DNA of 64,000 bases, taken from the NCBI GenBank assembly GCA_965277805.1, contig OZ255842.1, positions 4,704,001 through 4,768,000 of the forward strand, read 5' to 3'. Position 1 is the stretch's first letter. Every line of letters begins with the position of its first letter. The notes below the pieces were generated by a model. The model made no database searches and was not told the DNA's origin. It was given only the letters and a program-made list of their open reading frames with translations. Of this stretch, positions 49,658-57,646 are shown piece after piece. The position numbers were made by a program, and so were the translations under genes. This DNA is from Candidatus Lustribacter sp. Its GTDB lineage: Bacteria > Vulcanimicrobiota > Vulcanimicrobiia > Vulcanimicrobiales > Vulcanimicrobiaceae.

Positions 49658-49697
49658 GCTTGTCGAACAAGCATGTCACCCCGAGCTTGTCGAGGGG
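49650..49697 (+). repeat. Tandem REP-like repeats (one partial, one full)
   Basis: tgtcctgagcttgtcgaa (49650-67) and tgtcaccccgagcttgtcgagggg (49674-97); same family as 542-565. Confidence 0.7.
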
Positions 49698-49702
49698 CCG
49701 CC

Positions 49703-50170
49703 CTAACCGTCGCTGTACGCGAGGTTATGCCGCACTCGCGCGGCCACGCTCCGAAACGTCTTCAAATCACTCGCACTAATCCCGCGAATGGCATCAGCCT
49801 GAGCGGAGTCGATTGCAGCGCGAATCGGTTGACGTAGCGCGCGGCCCTTGGGCGTGAGGTAGATCAGCGCTTTACGGCGATCCGTTGCGTCCTTGCGGCG
49901 TTCGACGATCTTCGCGCGTTCAAGCGTATCTATCACCGTGACGACCGTCGATGGATCGACGCCGACGCGTTCGCTCAACTCTGCTTGCGAGATGCCGTTC
50001 GTCTCGAACAGCGCGCGCAAATAATAGTAATGCTTGAAGGGGATCCCGATCTTCGCCAGTTCGGCGGCAAAGCGGCGCGACATCGCTTTGTGCGTGTGCC
50101 GCAGTACGTAGCCCACGCCCGAGCTGGACGGAATCGGGATCGCCGCGTCCGGAGATTTTTCTGCGCTCAT
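49703..50170 (-). CDS. MarR family transcriptional regulator
   Basis: GISQAELSE, STVVTVIDTLE, DRRKALIYLTPKG; start placed at ATG 50170. Confidence 0.9.
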   Translation of the reverse strand: MSAEKSPDAAIPIPSSSGVGYVLRHTHKAMSRRFAAELAKIGIPFKHYYYLRALFETNGISQAELSERVGVDPSTVVTVIDTLERAKIVERRKDATDRRKALIYLTPKGRALRQPIRAAIDSAQADAIRGISASDLKTFRSVAARVRHNLAYSDG

Positions 50171-50179
50171 GCTCTTGAC

Positions 50180-50239
50180 AATATAATCGAACCCGATTAA
50201 GAATACAAGGACATCCATATATTGGACTTCCAAGTATAT
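50180..50239. promoter_or_regulatory. Divergent marR control region: minus-strand promoter and palindromic operator
   Basis: Minus strand TTGTAT (50208-03), N17, TATATT (50185-80); palindrome TTGG-ACTT-CCAA (50222-33) with AT-rich flanks. Confidence 0.6.
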
Positions 50240-50262
50240 CCACACCCAGCCGGGAGGCCCGT

Positions 50263-50631
50263 ATGACCGAAGTCTTTGCCGGAACGATCGGTGAGATCAT
50301 CGAGAACAACGATCGCACGATCGTCAAACACGGCAAGCTCGAGATCGGCGTTCTGCATCGCAACGGCGAACTTTACGCGTACAACAACCACTGCGTCCAC
50401 CAAGGCGGACCGGCGTGCGAGGGCATGATCATCGCACGCGTCGAGGACGTCATGCTGCCCGACAAGACGGTCACGGGCCAGCGCTTCAACCACGACGAGA
50501 TGCATTTCGTCTGTCCTTGGCACGGCGTGGAATACGATTTGAAAACCGGCGCGTGCGTGCCCAATCCCAAACGCCGCTTGCAAAAATTCGATGTCGTGCA
50601 GAAAGGGAATGAAGTTTATGTCATCATCTGA
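50263..50631 (+). CDS. Rieske (2Fe-2S) ferredoxin
   Basis: NHCVHQGGP...CPWHG; 122 aa; GGGAGG RBS. Confidence 0.92.
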   Translation: MTEVFAGTIGEIIENNDRTIVKHGKLEIGVLHRNGELYAYNNHCVHQGGPACEGMIIARVEDVMLPDKTVTGQRFNHDEMHFVCPWHGVEYDLKTGACVPNPKRRLQKFDVVQKGNEVYVII

Positions 50632-50899
50632 GATGGTCGCAACCTTGACGCCTGAAGGCGCTCTCGAGACGCTCGATTCCGCTGCGTTGCAGCAGCTCGT
50701 CGCCGCCGCGGTGCGCGAGTACGCGAAACGCGCCGATAGCCCGGGCGGCTACTTCCCGATCGTCCCCACGAGTACGATCACCGCAACCGACGCCATGATC
50801 GCGTGCACAGCCTTGCTCAAGGTCGTCAATATCGCCGTGTTCGAGTTGGGCTTGTGGCAATCGTGGGCCGGCGGCATCCCGCAAGAGGTTCCGGCATGA
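50618..50899 (+). CDS. Small hypothetical helical protein
   Basis: Overlaps both neighbours; ITATDAM...FELGLWQ. Confidence 0.7.
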   Translation: MSSSEMVATLTPEGALETLDSAALQQLVAAAVREYAKRADSPGGYFPIVPTSTITATDAMIACTALLKVVNIAVFELGLWQSWAGGIPQEVPA

Positions 50900-52125
50900 C
50901 GTCGACGCTGACGCTTCCTACCAGCGACCCGGGCGGCTTGAACATCACCGAGTTCGATACCCGCACGCTGCTCTCGCACGCCGCCGAACAATCGCGCGCC
51001 AACAACTACAACGATTTCTTCATCTGCGACGTCGACTCGCACCATTACGAGAACGAGTCCTTCGGCGCGATCGTCAAGTACATCGAAGATCCGGTCCTCC
51101 GTCACCAGGCGCAGGTCAGCGCTTCCCGCCGCTCGGGCGCAGGCTTTCTCGGCGGGGCGATCGGCAATCAAGACCAATCGGGCCGCGTGACACGCTACCA
51201 CACGCGGCACATGGATAGTTACCCGCCCGGTTCCCAGCGCGATGCGCACCTCTCGAAAAAGTGGATGGATGCGATGGGCGTTGACATCGCCTTCCTGTTC
51301 CCGTCCCCGATCCTGACGCTCGCCAGCCATCCCGTGCAGCACGTCCAGAATCAATATCTCCGCGCGTACAACTCCTGGCTGACGCAAGAGGTCCTACCGG
51401 CCGAGCCGCGGCTGCGTTCGATGCTATGCCTGCCGTTCAACGACCCGGCGGCCTCCTACCAGATGGTCCAAGACTTCGGCGACGCCAAGGGCGTCTCGGG
51501 TTTCATGATCACGGCGTCGCACAACCGGCCCGTGCATGACAATGCATACATGAAGCTCTACTCGGCGCTCGAAGAGCGCGGTCTGCCGCTCGCCTTTCAC
51601 GGCTCCTACAACTGGGCCGATACGTCGTTCTCGACTGCCAACAAGTTCATCACGGTGCACGCGCTCGGTTTCGTGTTTTACAACATGGTGCACATGGCGA
51701 ACTGGATCATGAACGGTCTGCCGGAGCGCTTTCCAAAGCTGAAGGTGATTTGGATGGAATCGGGCTTGGCCTGGGTGCCGTTCATGATGCAACGCTTCGA
51801 CAACGAGTACCTGATGCGCAGCAACGAGGCGCCGATGCTCAAAATGAAGCCCAGCGAGTACATGAAGCGCATGTACTACTCCGTGCAGCCGCTCGAGATC
51901 CCCGAAGACCTCTCGATCCTGCAGACGACGTTCAAGATGATCAACGCCGAGACGCAGCTGATGTACTCTTCGGACTATCCGCACTGGGATTTCGATCTGC
52001 CGAGTGTGATCTACGACTTGCCGTTCCTCTCCGAGGAAGGCAAACGGAACATCCTCGGCGAGACGGCGCGCAACGTATTCAACTTGGGGCCGCTGCCGAA
52101 GCTCGCCCAAATCCCGGCCGAATAA
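50896..52125 (+). CDS. Amidohydrolase_2-fold metalloprotein, candidate dinuclear oxygenase
   Basis: CDVDSHHYE, AFHG, ERFPKLK, WMESG, SSDYPHWDFD; in an operon with a Rieske ferredoxin. Confidence 0.88.
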   Translation: MTSTLTLPTSDPGGLNITEFDTRTLLSHAAEQSRANNYNDFFICDVDSHHYENESFGAIVKYIEDPVLRHQAQVSASRRSGAGFLGGAIGNQDQSGRVTRYHTRHMDSYPPGSQRDAHLSKKWMDAMGVDIAFLFPSPILTLASHPVQHVQNQYLRAYNSWLTQEVLPAEPRLRSMLCLPFNDPAASYQMVQDFGDAKGVSGFMITASHNRPVHDNAYMKLYSALEERGLPLAFHGSYNWADTSFSTANKFITVHALGFVFYNMVHMANWIMNGLPERFPKLKVIWMESGLAWVPFMMQRFDNEYLMRSNEAPMLKMKPSEYMKRMYYSVQPLEIPEDLSILQTTFKMINAETQLMYSSDYPHWDFDLPSVIYDLPFLSEEGKRNILGETARNVFNLGPLPKLAQIPAE

Positions 52126-52128
52126 CCG

Positions 52129-53433
52129 ATGGCCGCGATCGCCCCCGGCGGAGCGGCCCTCGGTTCACCGCTCTCGATCCAAGCCACCGCGCGCATTCGA
52201 GAGATCCTCGAAGGCCGCCGGCGCGGACTGCGCGCGGTGCTGCCGCTCGCCGGACCGGCGGTGGTCGCTTCGGTCGCCTACATGGATCCGGGGAATTTTG
52301 CAACGAACATCGCGGCCGGCTCGAAGTTCGGTTATGGGCTGCTCTGGGTCGTACTGCTTGCAAATGCGGTCGCGATGTTGTATCAGGCGATGTCGGCGAA
52401 GCTCGGCATCGTCACCAATCGCAATCTGGCCGAACTTAGCCGGGCGCATTTCCCGAAGCCGGCCGTGGTCGCGATGTGGCTCGCGAGTGAGGTCGCGGCG
52501 ATGGCCACCGACCTCGCCGAGTTCGTCGGCGGCGCGCTGGGCCTTTCGCTCTTGCTGCATTTGCCGCTGCTCTACGGCATGGCCGTCACCGCGGTGTTCA
52601 CCTATGTCATCCTATGCGTCGAGCCGAGCGGATTTCGTAAGATCGAACTGATCATCGGCTCACTGGTGCTCGCGATCGGCGCGTGTTATCTGCTCGAATT
52701 GTTCATCGTGCCGGCCGACTGGGGTGCCGTGGCCCTGCACTCGGTGCTGCCGCAATTCGGCGGCCCCGGAGCGGTCGCGCTCGCCGCGGGCATCGTCGGC
52801 GCAACGATCATGCCGCACGCGATCTTTCTGCACTCCGGGCTCACGCAAGATCGCGCACCCGCTCGGAGCGACGCCGAGCGGCGTTCGCTCGTTCGCTATT
52901 CGAATCGCGAGGTCGCGATCGCGCTATCGTTCGCGGGCTTGATCAACGTCGCGATGGTCGTGATGGCGGCCGCCGCGTTTCACGCGGGCCATAGCGGCGT
53001 GGCAGAGATCCAGACGGCGTATTACACGATGGTCCCGCTGCTCGGCGCCGCGGCCGGACTGGTGTTTCTCATCTCGCTGATGGCATCGGGTATCTCGAGT
53101 TCGGTCGTCGGGACGATGGCGGGGCAAATGATCATGCAAGGCTTCGTCGGCTTCAGCATTCCGGTCTGGCTACGGCGCACCATCACGATGGTACCGGCGT
53201 TCGTCGTGATCGCCCTCGGCATCAACGTGACCAACGCGCTTGTGGTCAGCCAGATTGCCCTGAGTATCGTGCTGCCTATCCCGATGGTTGCGCTGCTCGT
53301 GCTCAGCCGAAAACGTTCCTTGATGGGCAGCTTTACTGCCGGCCCGACGTTGCTCACATTTGCTGCTGTCGCGATCGTGGCGATCGTCGGGCTCAACGCG
53401 GTGCTCGTGGTCGGGGCGATCGGAGGGAATTAA
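52129..53433 (+). CDS. mntH: Nramp family divalent metal (Mn2+) transporter
   Basis: AYMDPGN, ATDLAEFVG, GATIMPHAIFLHS, GTMAGQMIMQGF. Confidence 0.95.
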   Translation: MAAIAPGGAALGSPLSIQATARIREILEGRRRGLRAVLPLAGPAVVASVAYMDPGNFATNIAAGSKFGYGLLWVVLLANAVAMLYQAMSAKLGIVTNRNLAELSRAHFPKPAVVAMWLASEVAAMATDLAEFVGGALGLSLLLHLPLLYGMAVTAVFTYVILCVEPSGFRKIELIIGSLVLAIGACYLLELFIVPADWGAVALHSVLPQFGGPGAVALAAGIVGATIMPHAIFLHSGLTQDRAPARSDAERRSLVRYSNREVAIALSFAGLINVAMVVMAAAAFHAGHSGVAEIQTAYYTMVPLLGAAAGLVFLISLMASGISSSVVGTMAGQMIMQGFVGFSIPVWLRRTITMVPAFVVIALGINVTNALVVSQIALSIVLPIPMVALLVLSRKRSLMGSFTAGPTLLTFAAVAIVAIVGLNAVLVVGAIGGN

Positions 53434-53460
53434 CGTCGGTCTAACGTCGGTCGCGCGCTC

Positions 53461-54114
53461 TTATTGGATCACGGCCTCGCAATGCTCGAGACATATCACG
53501 TTGTGGCCGAGGATCGAGACGCACTGCTCGACGCAAACGCTGTAATCGGGGCTGACGGCCGTCGACGCGTTGATCATCGACAACGTGGCGATGCCGGTAA
53601 CTTGCGCCGAGCCGTCATCGCCGATCAAGTCAGGACGCTTTGCGAGGCTCGACAGTACCGCGTTCGTGAGTACGATACCCGCCTCCATCGGCGTGCCGGC
53701 GCGCACGACTGAGCCGGCGAGTGCTTGCTCGAAGGGCGCGGGATTTTTCAGCGGGGGCCCCGGCGTGACGAGCCCCATAAGCGTCCGATCGTCCGGTGGC
53801 TTATGCGCGGCCGGCGTTTCGGGGTGAATTGTCGTGCACCGCGTGTAGCAGAGCACCTCCTGATCGAAAACTTTCCAGCACATGGTGCTACACAGGATCG
53901 TATCGAGTGGTCCCTCGCCGGCGGCCGCTGCCGGTGCAACCGTTACCGCGAAGGGGACGACCAGACTCTTGCCGTCTTCGGACGTGATTTTATGTGCCAT
54001 CGCGCTGCGCATGATGGACTTCATAAAGAGCACGCCGAGTTCTTCGGCGGAAGTCAGGGTCGACGCAAGCTGCGCGTACGGTTTTGCCGACCCGTGTGAA
54101 CCACCCTGAGCCAT
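53461..54114 (-). CDS. Hypothetical protein with two C-x3-C-x9-C-x3-C repeats
   Basis: CSTMCWKVFDQEVLCYTRC and CVEQCVSILGHNVICLEHC; GGGGAG RBS upstream of the ATG. Confidence 0.72.
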   Translation of the reverse strand: MAQGGSHGSAKPYAQLASTLTSAEELGVLFMKSIMRSAMAHKITSEDGKSLVVPFAVTVAPAAAAGEGPLDTILCSTMCWKVFDQEVLCYTRCTTIHPETPAAHKPPDDRTLMGLVTPGPPLKNPAPFEQALAGSVVRAGTPMEAGIVLTNAVLSSLAKRPDLIGDDGSAQVTGIATLSMINASTAVSPDYSVCVEQCVSILGHNVICLEHCEAVIQ

Positions 54115-54226
54115 AACTTACTCCCCTCAGCGATCTTAGCTATTAGGCGCGCGCTTCTTGGGTTGCTCAGCTGGTTCCCAGCAAGTAAGCGTCTGCGTTT
54201 CGAGCCAACGCGGCGGGGTGCGGCGA

Positions 54227-55156
54227 TCATAGCAGTTCGCGCGCGTCGAACCCCTTCGGGAGTTGCTTGTATTTTGCCATCAGATCGATGACCGGCTGGA
54301 TGGCGGCGGCGTTGAAGCTCGTCGCGGTATAGCCGTGGCGCATGTCGGTGGCGACATTCAGCTCCATGCCGGTGAGCGGCAGCAGTAGCGGGATCGTTTC
54401 CTTGACGTGCGTGTTCGCGTAACCCGCGGCGGCTTCGATCGCCTTGCTGAAGCCCGCGACGGCTTCTTTGTTCTTCGCCGCATAATCGCGCGTGCAGAAG
54501 TACACGACTTCCAGAATCGGCCGCGGATAGCCTAAGAGTTCGTCGACGAAGTAGCGCAGCTTGCCGGCCCGTACCGCTTGCATCATGCCCGGTTCGCCCA
54601 TCAGGCCGGCGTCGACGCGCCCTTCTTCGAGCGCGATCGCGACCGCGTTGAACGGCATCTCGACGAACTTCACCGTTGACGAATCGCCGCCGCGCGCATC
54701 GATCATCGCGCGCAGACCGAGATAGGCGATATCGCCGATCGCGCTGCAGGTCACCGTTTTGCCTTGCAGGTCGAGCGGCGTCTTCAGCGGTGAGTTCGCC
54801 GTGACGAGATATCCCGCGGTCGGATCGCCTTTGCGATACGACAATCCCGGCGCGATCACGGTGAACGGGATGCCGCGCGCGTAGGCGGCGATGATCGAGG
54901 TGACGCTGGCCTTACCGATGTCGGCTGCGCCGCCGACGATCGCTTGCGCGACGATCGCGCCCGTGCCGGCCGGTTGTAGCGTTACCTCGACGCCGTTATC
55001 GCGGAAGAGCCCCGACGTCTGCGCGTAGAGCAGCGGACGCAGATCGTCGGCGACGGTCGAGATGAAGTGCACCGGCGTGAGTTTCTCGCCGGCCGCCAGC
55101 GCCGTTCCGGCCGCGGCAGCGAACAAACCCTGGAGCATGAGCGCGCGTGTCAGCAT
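54227..55156 (-). CDS. ABC substrate-binding protein, SsuA/NMT1-like
   Basis: DDLRPLLYAQ, SPLKTPLDLQGK, CSAIGD, EGRVDAG; GAAGG RBS. Confidence 0.85.
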   Translation of the reverse strand: MLTRALMLQGLFAAAAGTALAAGEKLTPVHFISTVADDLRPLLYAQTSGLFRDNGVEVTLQPAGTGAIVAQAIVGGAADIGKASVTSIIAAYARGIPFTVIAPGLSYRKGDPTAGYLVTANSPLKTPLDLQGKTVTCSAIGDIAYLGLRAMIDARGGDSSTVKFVEMPFNAVAIALEEGRVDAGLMGEPGMMQAVRAGKLRYFVDELLGYPRPILEVVYFCTRDYAAKNKEAVAGFSKAIEAAAGYANTHVKETIPLLLPLTGMELNVATDMRHGYTATSFNAAAIQPVIDLMAKYKQLPKGFDARELL

Positions 55157-55190
55157 GGGACCTTCCTTCGTCAGACCATTCATCGAACGT

Positions 55191-55553
55191 TTAGCGGACG
55201 TTGTCGATCGCCAGTAATTGCCAGCCCGATGAGCCGCGTGTCCACACGCTCATATAACGCAACGGCGACGTACGGGGTTCGCCGGCCACCGTCACGTCGA
55301 GCTCCGCGCGCGCGCAGAGGATGGCGACATCACCGCTCACCCGCACGTCCGTTTCCCCGCGTGTAATCGCGCGATAGCGGACGCGTCCCGACCGCGTGTG
55401 CTCGAGAAAGGCGGCTTTGCCTTCACGCCGCCCGTCGTTGTGGACGAAGACGAGTTCGGGGCGCACGAGCCGATCGAGCGCCTCGATATCGCAAGCAACT
55501 ATGGCCGCCAGGCGGGCTTCATCGGCGGCCAAAACTGCATCGTCGTCGGTCAT
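55191..55553 (-). CDS. NTF2-like (DUF4440) protein
   Basis: RLAAIVACD...FVHNDG...GDVA...VW...WQL. Confidence 0.78.
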   Translation of the reverse strand: MTDDDAVLAADEARLAAIVACDIEALDRLVRPELVFVHNDGRREGKAAFLEHTRSGRVRYRAITRGETDVRVSGDVAILCARAELDVTVAGEPRTSPLRYMSVWTRGSSGWQLLAIDNVR

Positions 55554-55573
55554 TCCCGCCACTTCCTAAGGCA

Positions 55574-55617
55574 TTGACTTTTACTATCCGAGACCCTATT
55601 CTACTTAGAACTCTATC
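55574..55617 (+). promoter_or_regulatory. Sigma70-type promoter with operator-like site, similar to the 44126 promoter
   Basis: TTGACT (55574-79), N17, TATTCT (55597-602), then CTTAGAACTCTAT; shares TTGACTTTTA-N9-ACCCTA with 44126. Confidence 0.7.
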
Positions 55618-55664
55618 ATTTTTCATCCTCCCGTCCAGACGTTCGGCCCACCCGAGGGGGACCC

Positions 55665-56672
55665 GTGAAGTTCGGCGTTTTTGATCATCTCGACCGTAAC
55701 GATTTACAACTCGCCGACTTTTACGAGCAGCGCCTCGATTTCGTTGAGCTCTACGATCGTTTGGGTTTCTACAGCTACCATCTCGCCGAACATCACGGTA
55801 CGCCGCTCGGTATGGCATCATCACCGAGCGTGTTTCTTTCCGCCGTTGCGCGCCGCACGAAGCGCCTGCGTTTCGGCCCGATGGTGTACTTGCTGCCGCT
55901 CTATCATCCGATTCGTTTGGCGGAAGAGATCGCGATGCTCGATCAGCTCGGCCGCGGCCGGCTCGATGTGGGCGTCGGACGCGGCCGCTCGCCGATCGAG
56001 CTGCAGAGCTTCGGCGTCAATCCGGCCGTAGCCGAAGCGGTGTACGAAGAATCGCTCGAGATCATCCGGCGCGTGCTGAGCGACGGCGTCGTGAATTTTA
56101 GCGGCACGCACTACACCATGAGCGACGTGCATATCCAGATGCGTCCACTGCAGACACCGCATCCGCCGCTTTGGTATGGGATCGGCTCGCTCGGCGGCGT
56201 CGACAAATTCGTTGCTGCCGATTTTAACGTCATCACGATCTCGAAGCCCGCGTTGGCCGGCGAACTCGTGCGCAAGTATCTCGATACCGCAGCGAATGCC
56301 GGCAAGGATTTGCTCGCGGGCGTGAGCCGGTTCGTCGTCTGTGCCGATACGACCGATCAAGCGCTCAAGATCGCGCGCCGGGCGTATCCCTTCTGGCACA
56401 AGAGTTTCGACTATCTCTTTGCGATTCACGGCCTGCGCCCGGTGCAGGCGTGGCCGGGCAGCTTCGATGCGATGGCGGCCGACGGCCTCGCATTTGCCGG
56501 CTCGCCCGACGATCTTACCGAAGCGCTATCGGCGCATATGGACCAGATCGGCGCGAACTATTTCGCCGGCCAATTCGTTTTCGGTGACATGACGGTCGAA
56601 GAAGGCCGCCGGTCGATCGATCTCTTCAGCCAAAAAGTCATGCCGGCCCTTGCCGGCGCGGTTTCTGCTTAA
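55665..56672 (+). CDS. LLM (luciferase-like) flavin-dependent monooxygenase
   Basis: FGVFDH, AEHHGTP, PIRLAEEIAMLD, PLQTPHPP; paralog of 16958-18028. Confidence 0.88.
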   Translation: MKFGVFDHLDRNDLQLADFYEQRLDFVELYDRLGFYSYHLAEHHGTPLGMASSPSVFLSAVARRTKRLRFGPMVYLLPLYHPIRLAEEIAMLDQLGRGRLDVGVGRGRSPIELQSFGVNPAVAEAVYEESLEIIRRVLSDGVVNFSGTHYTMSDVHIQMRPLQTPHPPLWYGIGSLGGVDKFVAADFNVITISKPALAGELVRKYLDTAANAGKDLLAGVSRFVVCADTTDQALKIARRAYPFWHKSFDYLFAIHGLRPVQAWPGSFDAMAADGLAFAGSPDDLTEALSAHMDQIGANYFAGQFVFGDMTVEEGRRSIDLFSQKVMPALAGAVSA

Positions 56673-56680
56673 GGATTCAC

Positions 56681-57643
56681 ATGGATTTCCGGAACATCAT
56701 TCGCACCTCAGTTCGTTTGAGCGCGGCCCTTGTCGCGCTTTTCGTTGCCACGGCGGCAACGGCGCCCGCGCAACCGGCCCTGACGACGATCCACTTCATC
56801 TCCTCGGCCAGCGACGATCTGCGGCCACTGCTGTACGCGCAGAGTGCGGGCCTCTTTCAAAAAGCCGGACTCAACGTGGTGGTCGACAAGGCCGCGAGCG
56901 GCGGCGTGGTCGCGCAGGCGATCATCGGCGGCGCCGACGACATCGGCAAGGCGAGCCTCGTTTCGCTGATCGCCGGCTACGCTCGCGGCGTACCGTTCGC
57001 GATGATCGCGCCGTCGGCCGTCCATCTGAAAGACGACGCAAACTCCGGGATCATGATCGCGGCGAATTCCCCGCTCAAATCAGTCCTCGACTTGCAAGGC
57101 AAGGTCGTCGGTTGCACGGCGATCGGCGACATCGGGTATCTCGGCACGCGCGCGATGATCGATTCGATGGGCGGCGACTCGGCGACCGTGAAATGGGTCG
57201 AAATTCCCATTGCGACGCTCGCGCCCGCCGTCGAGCAAGGCCGCGTCGTTGCGGGCTTGACGACCGAACCGTACATGTCGAAGGACTTAGCCTCCGGTAA
57301 GTTCCGCATTCTCACGGACATGCTCAACGGCTACTCGAAGCCGATCCTCGAATCGGCGTTCTTCTCGACCCGCGACTATGCAGCGAAGAACCACGACGCC
57401 GTGGTCAAGTTTGCGAAGGTGATGTCGCAAGCAGCCGGCTACGCGAACACGCACATCCCGGAAACGCTGCCATTGATGGTTTCGTTCAGCGGCATGGATC
57501 CGGAAGCGGCTGCGAAGATGCACAAAACGCAAACTGCGCTCTCGTTCGATCCCTCGGCACTTCAACCCGTGATCGACGCCGCGGCCAAATATCAGATCAT
57601 CCCGAAAGGCTTCTCGGCGCGCGACATGCTCGCGCTGCCCTGA
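56681..57643 (+). CDS. ABC substrate-binding protein, SsuA/NMT1-like
   Basis: Signal peptide; DDLRPLLYAQ, SPLKSVLDLQGK, CTAIGD. Confidence 0.85.
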   Translation: MDFRNIIRTSVRLSAALVALFVATAATAPAQPALTTIHFISSASDDLRPLLYAQSAGLFQKAGLNVVVDKAASGGVVAQAIIGGADDIGKASLVSLIAGYARGVPFAMIAPSAVHLKDDANSGIMIAANSPLKSVLDLQGKVVGCTAIGDIGYLGTRAMIDSMGGDSATVKWVEIPIATLAPAVEQGRVVAGLTTEPYMSKDLASGKFRILTDMLNGYSKPILESAFFSTRDYAAKNHDAVVKFAKVMSQAAGYANTHIPETLPLMVSFSGMDPEAAAKMHKTQTALSFDPSALQPVIDAAAKYQIIPKGFSARDMLALP

Positions 57644-57646
57644 CAA

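Noticed and set aside
53461-54114. Cys-repeat protein as part of a RiPP cluster with the radical SAM enzyme
   Set aside because: The only radical SAM gene is HpnJ, about 25 kb away; no maturase, peptidase or exporter is adjacent
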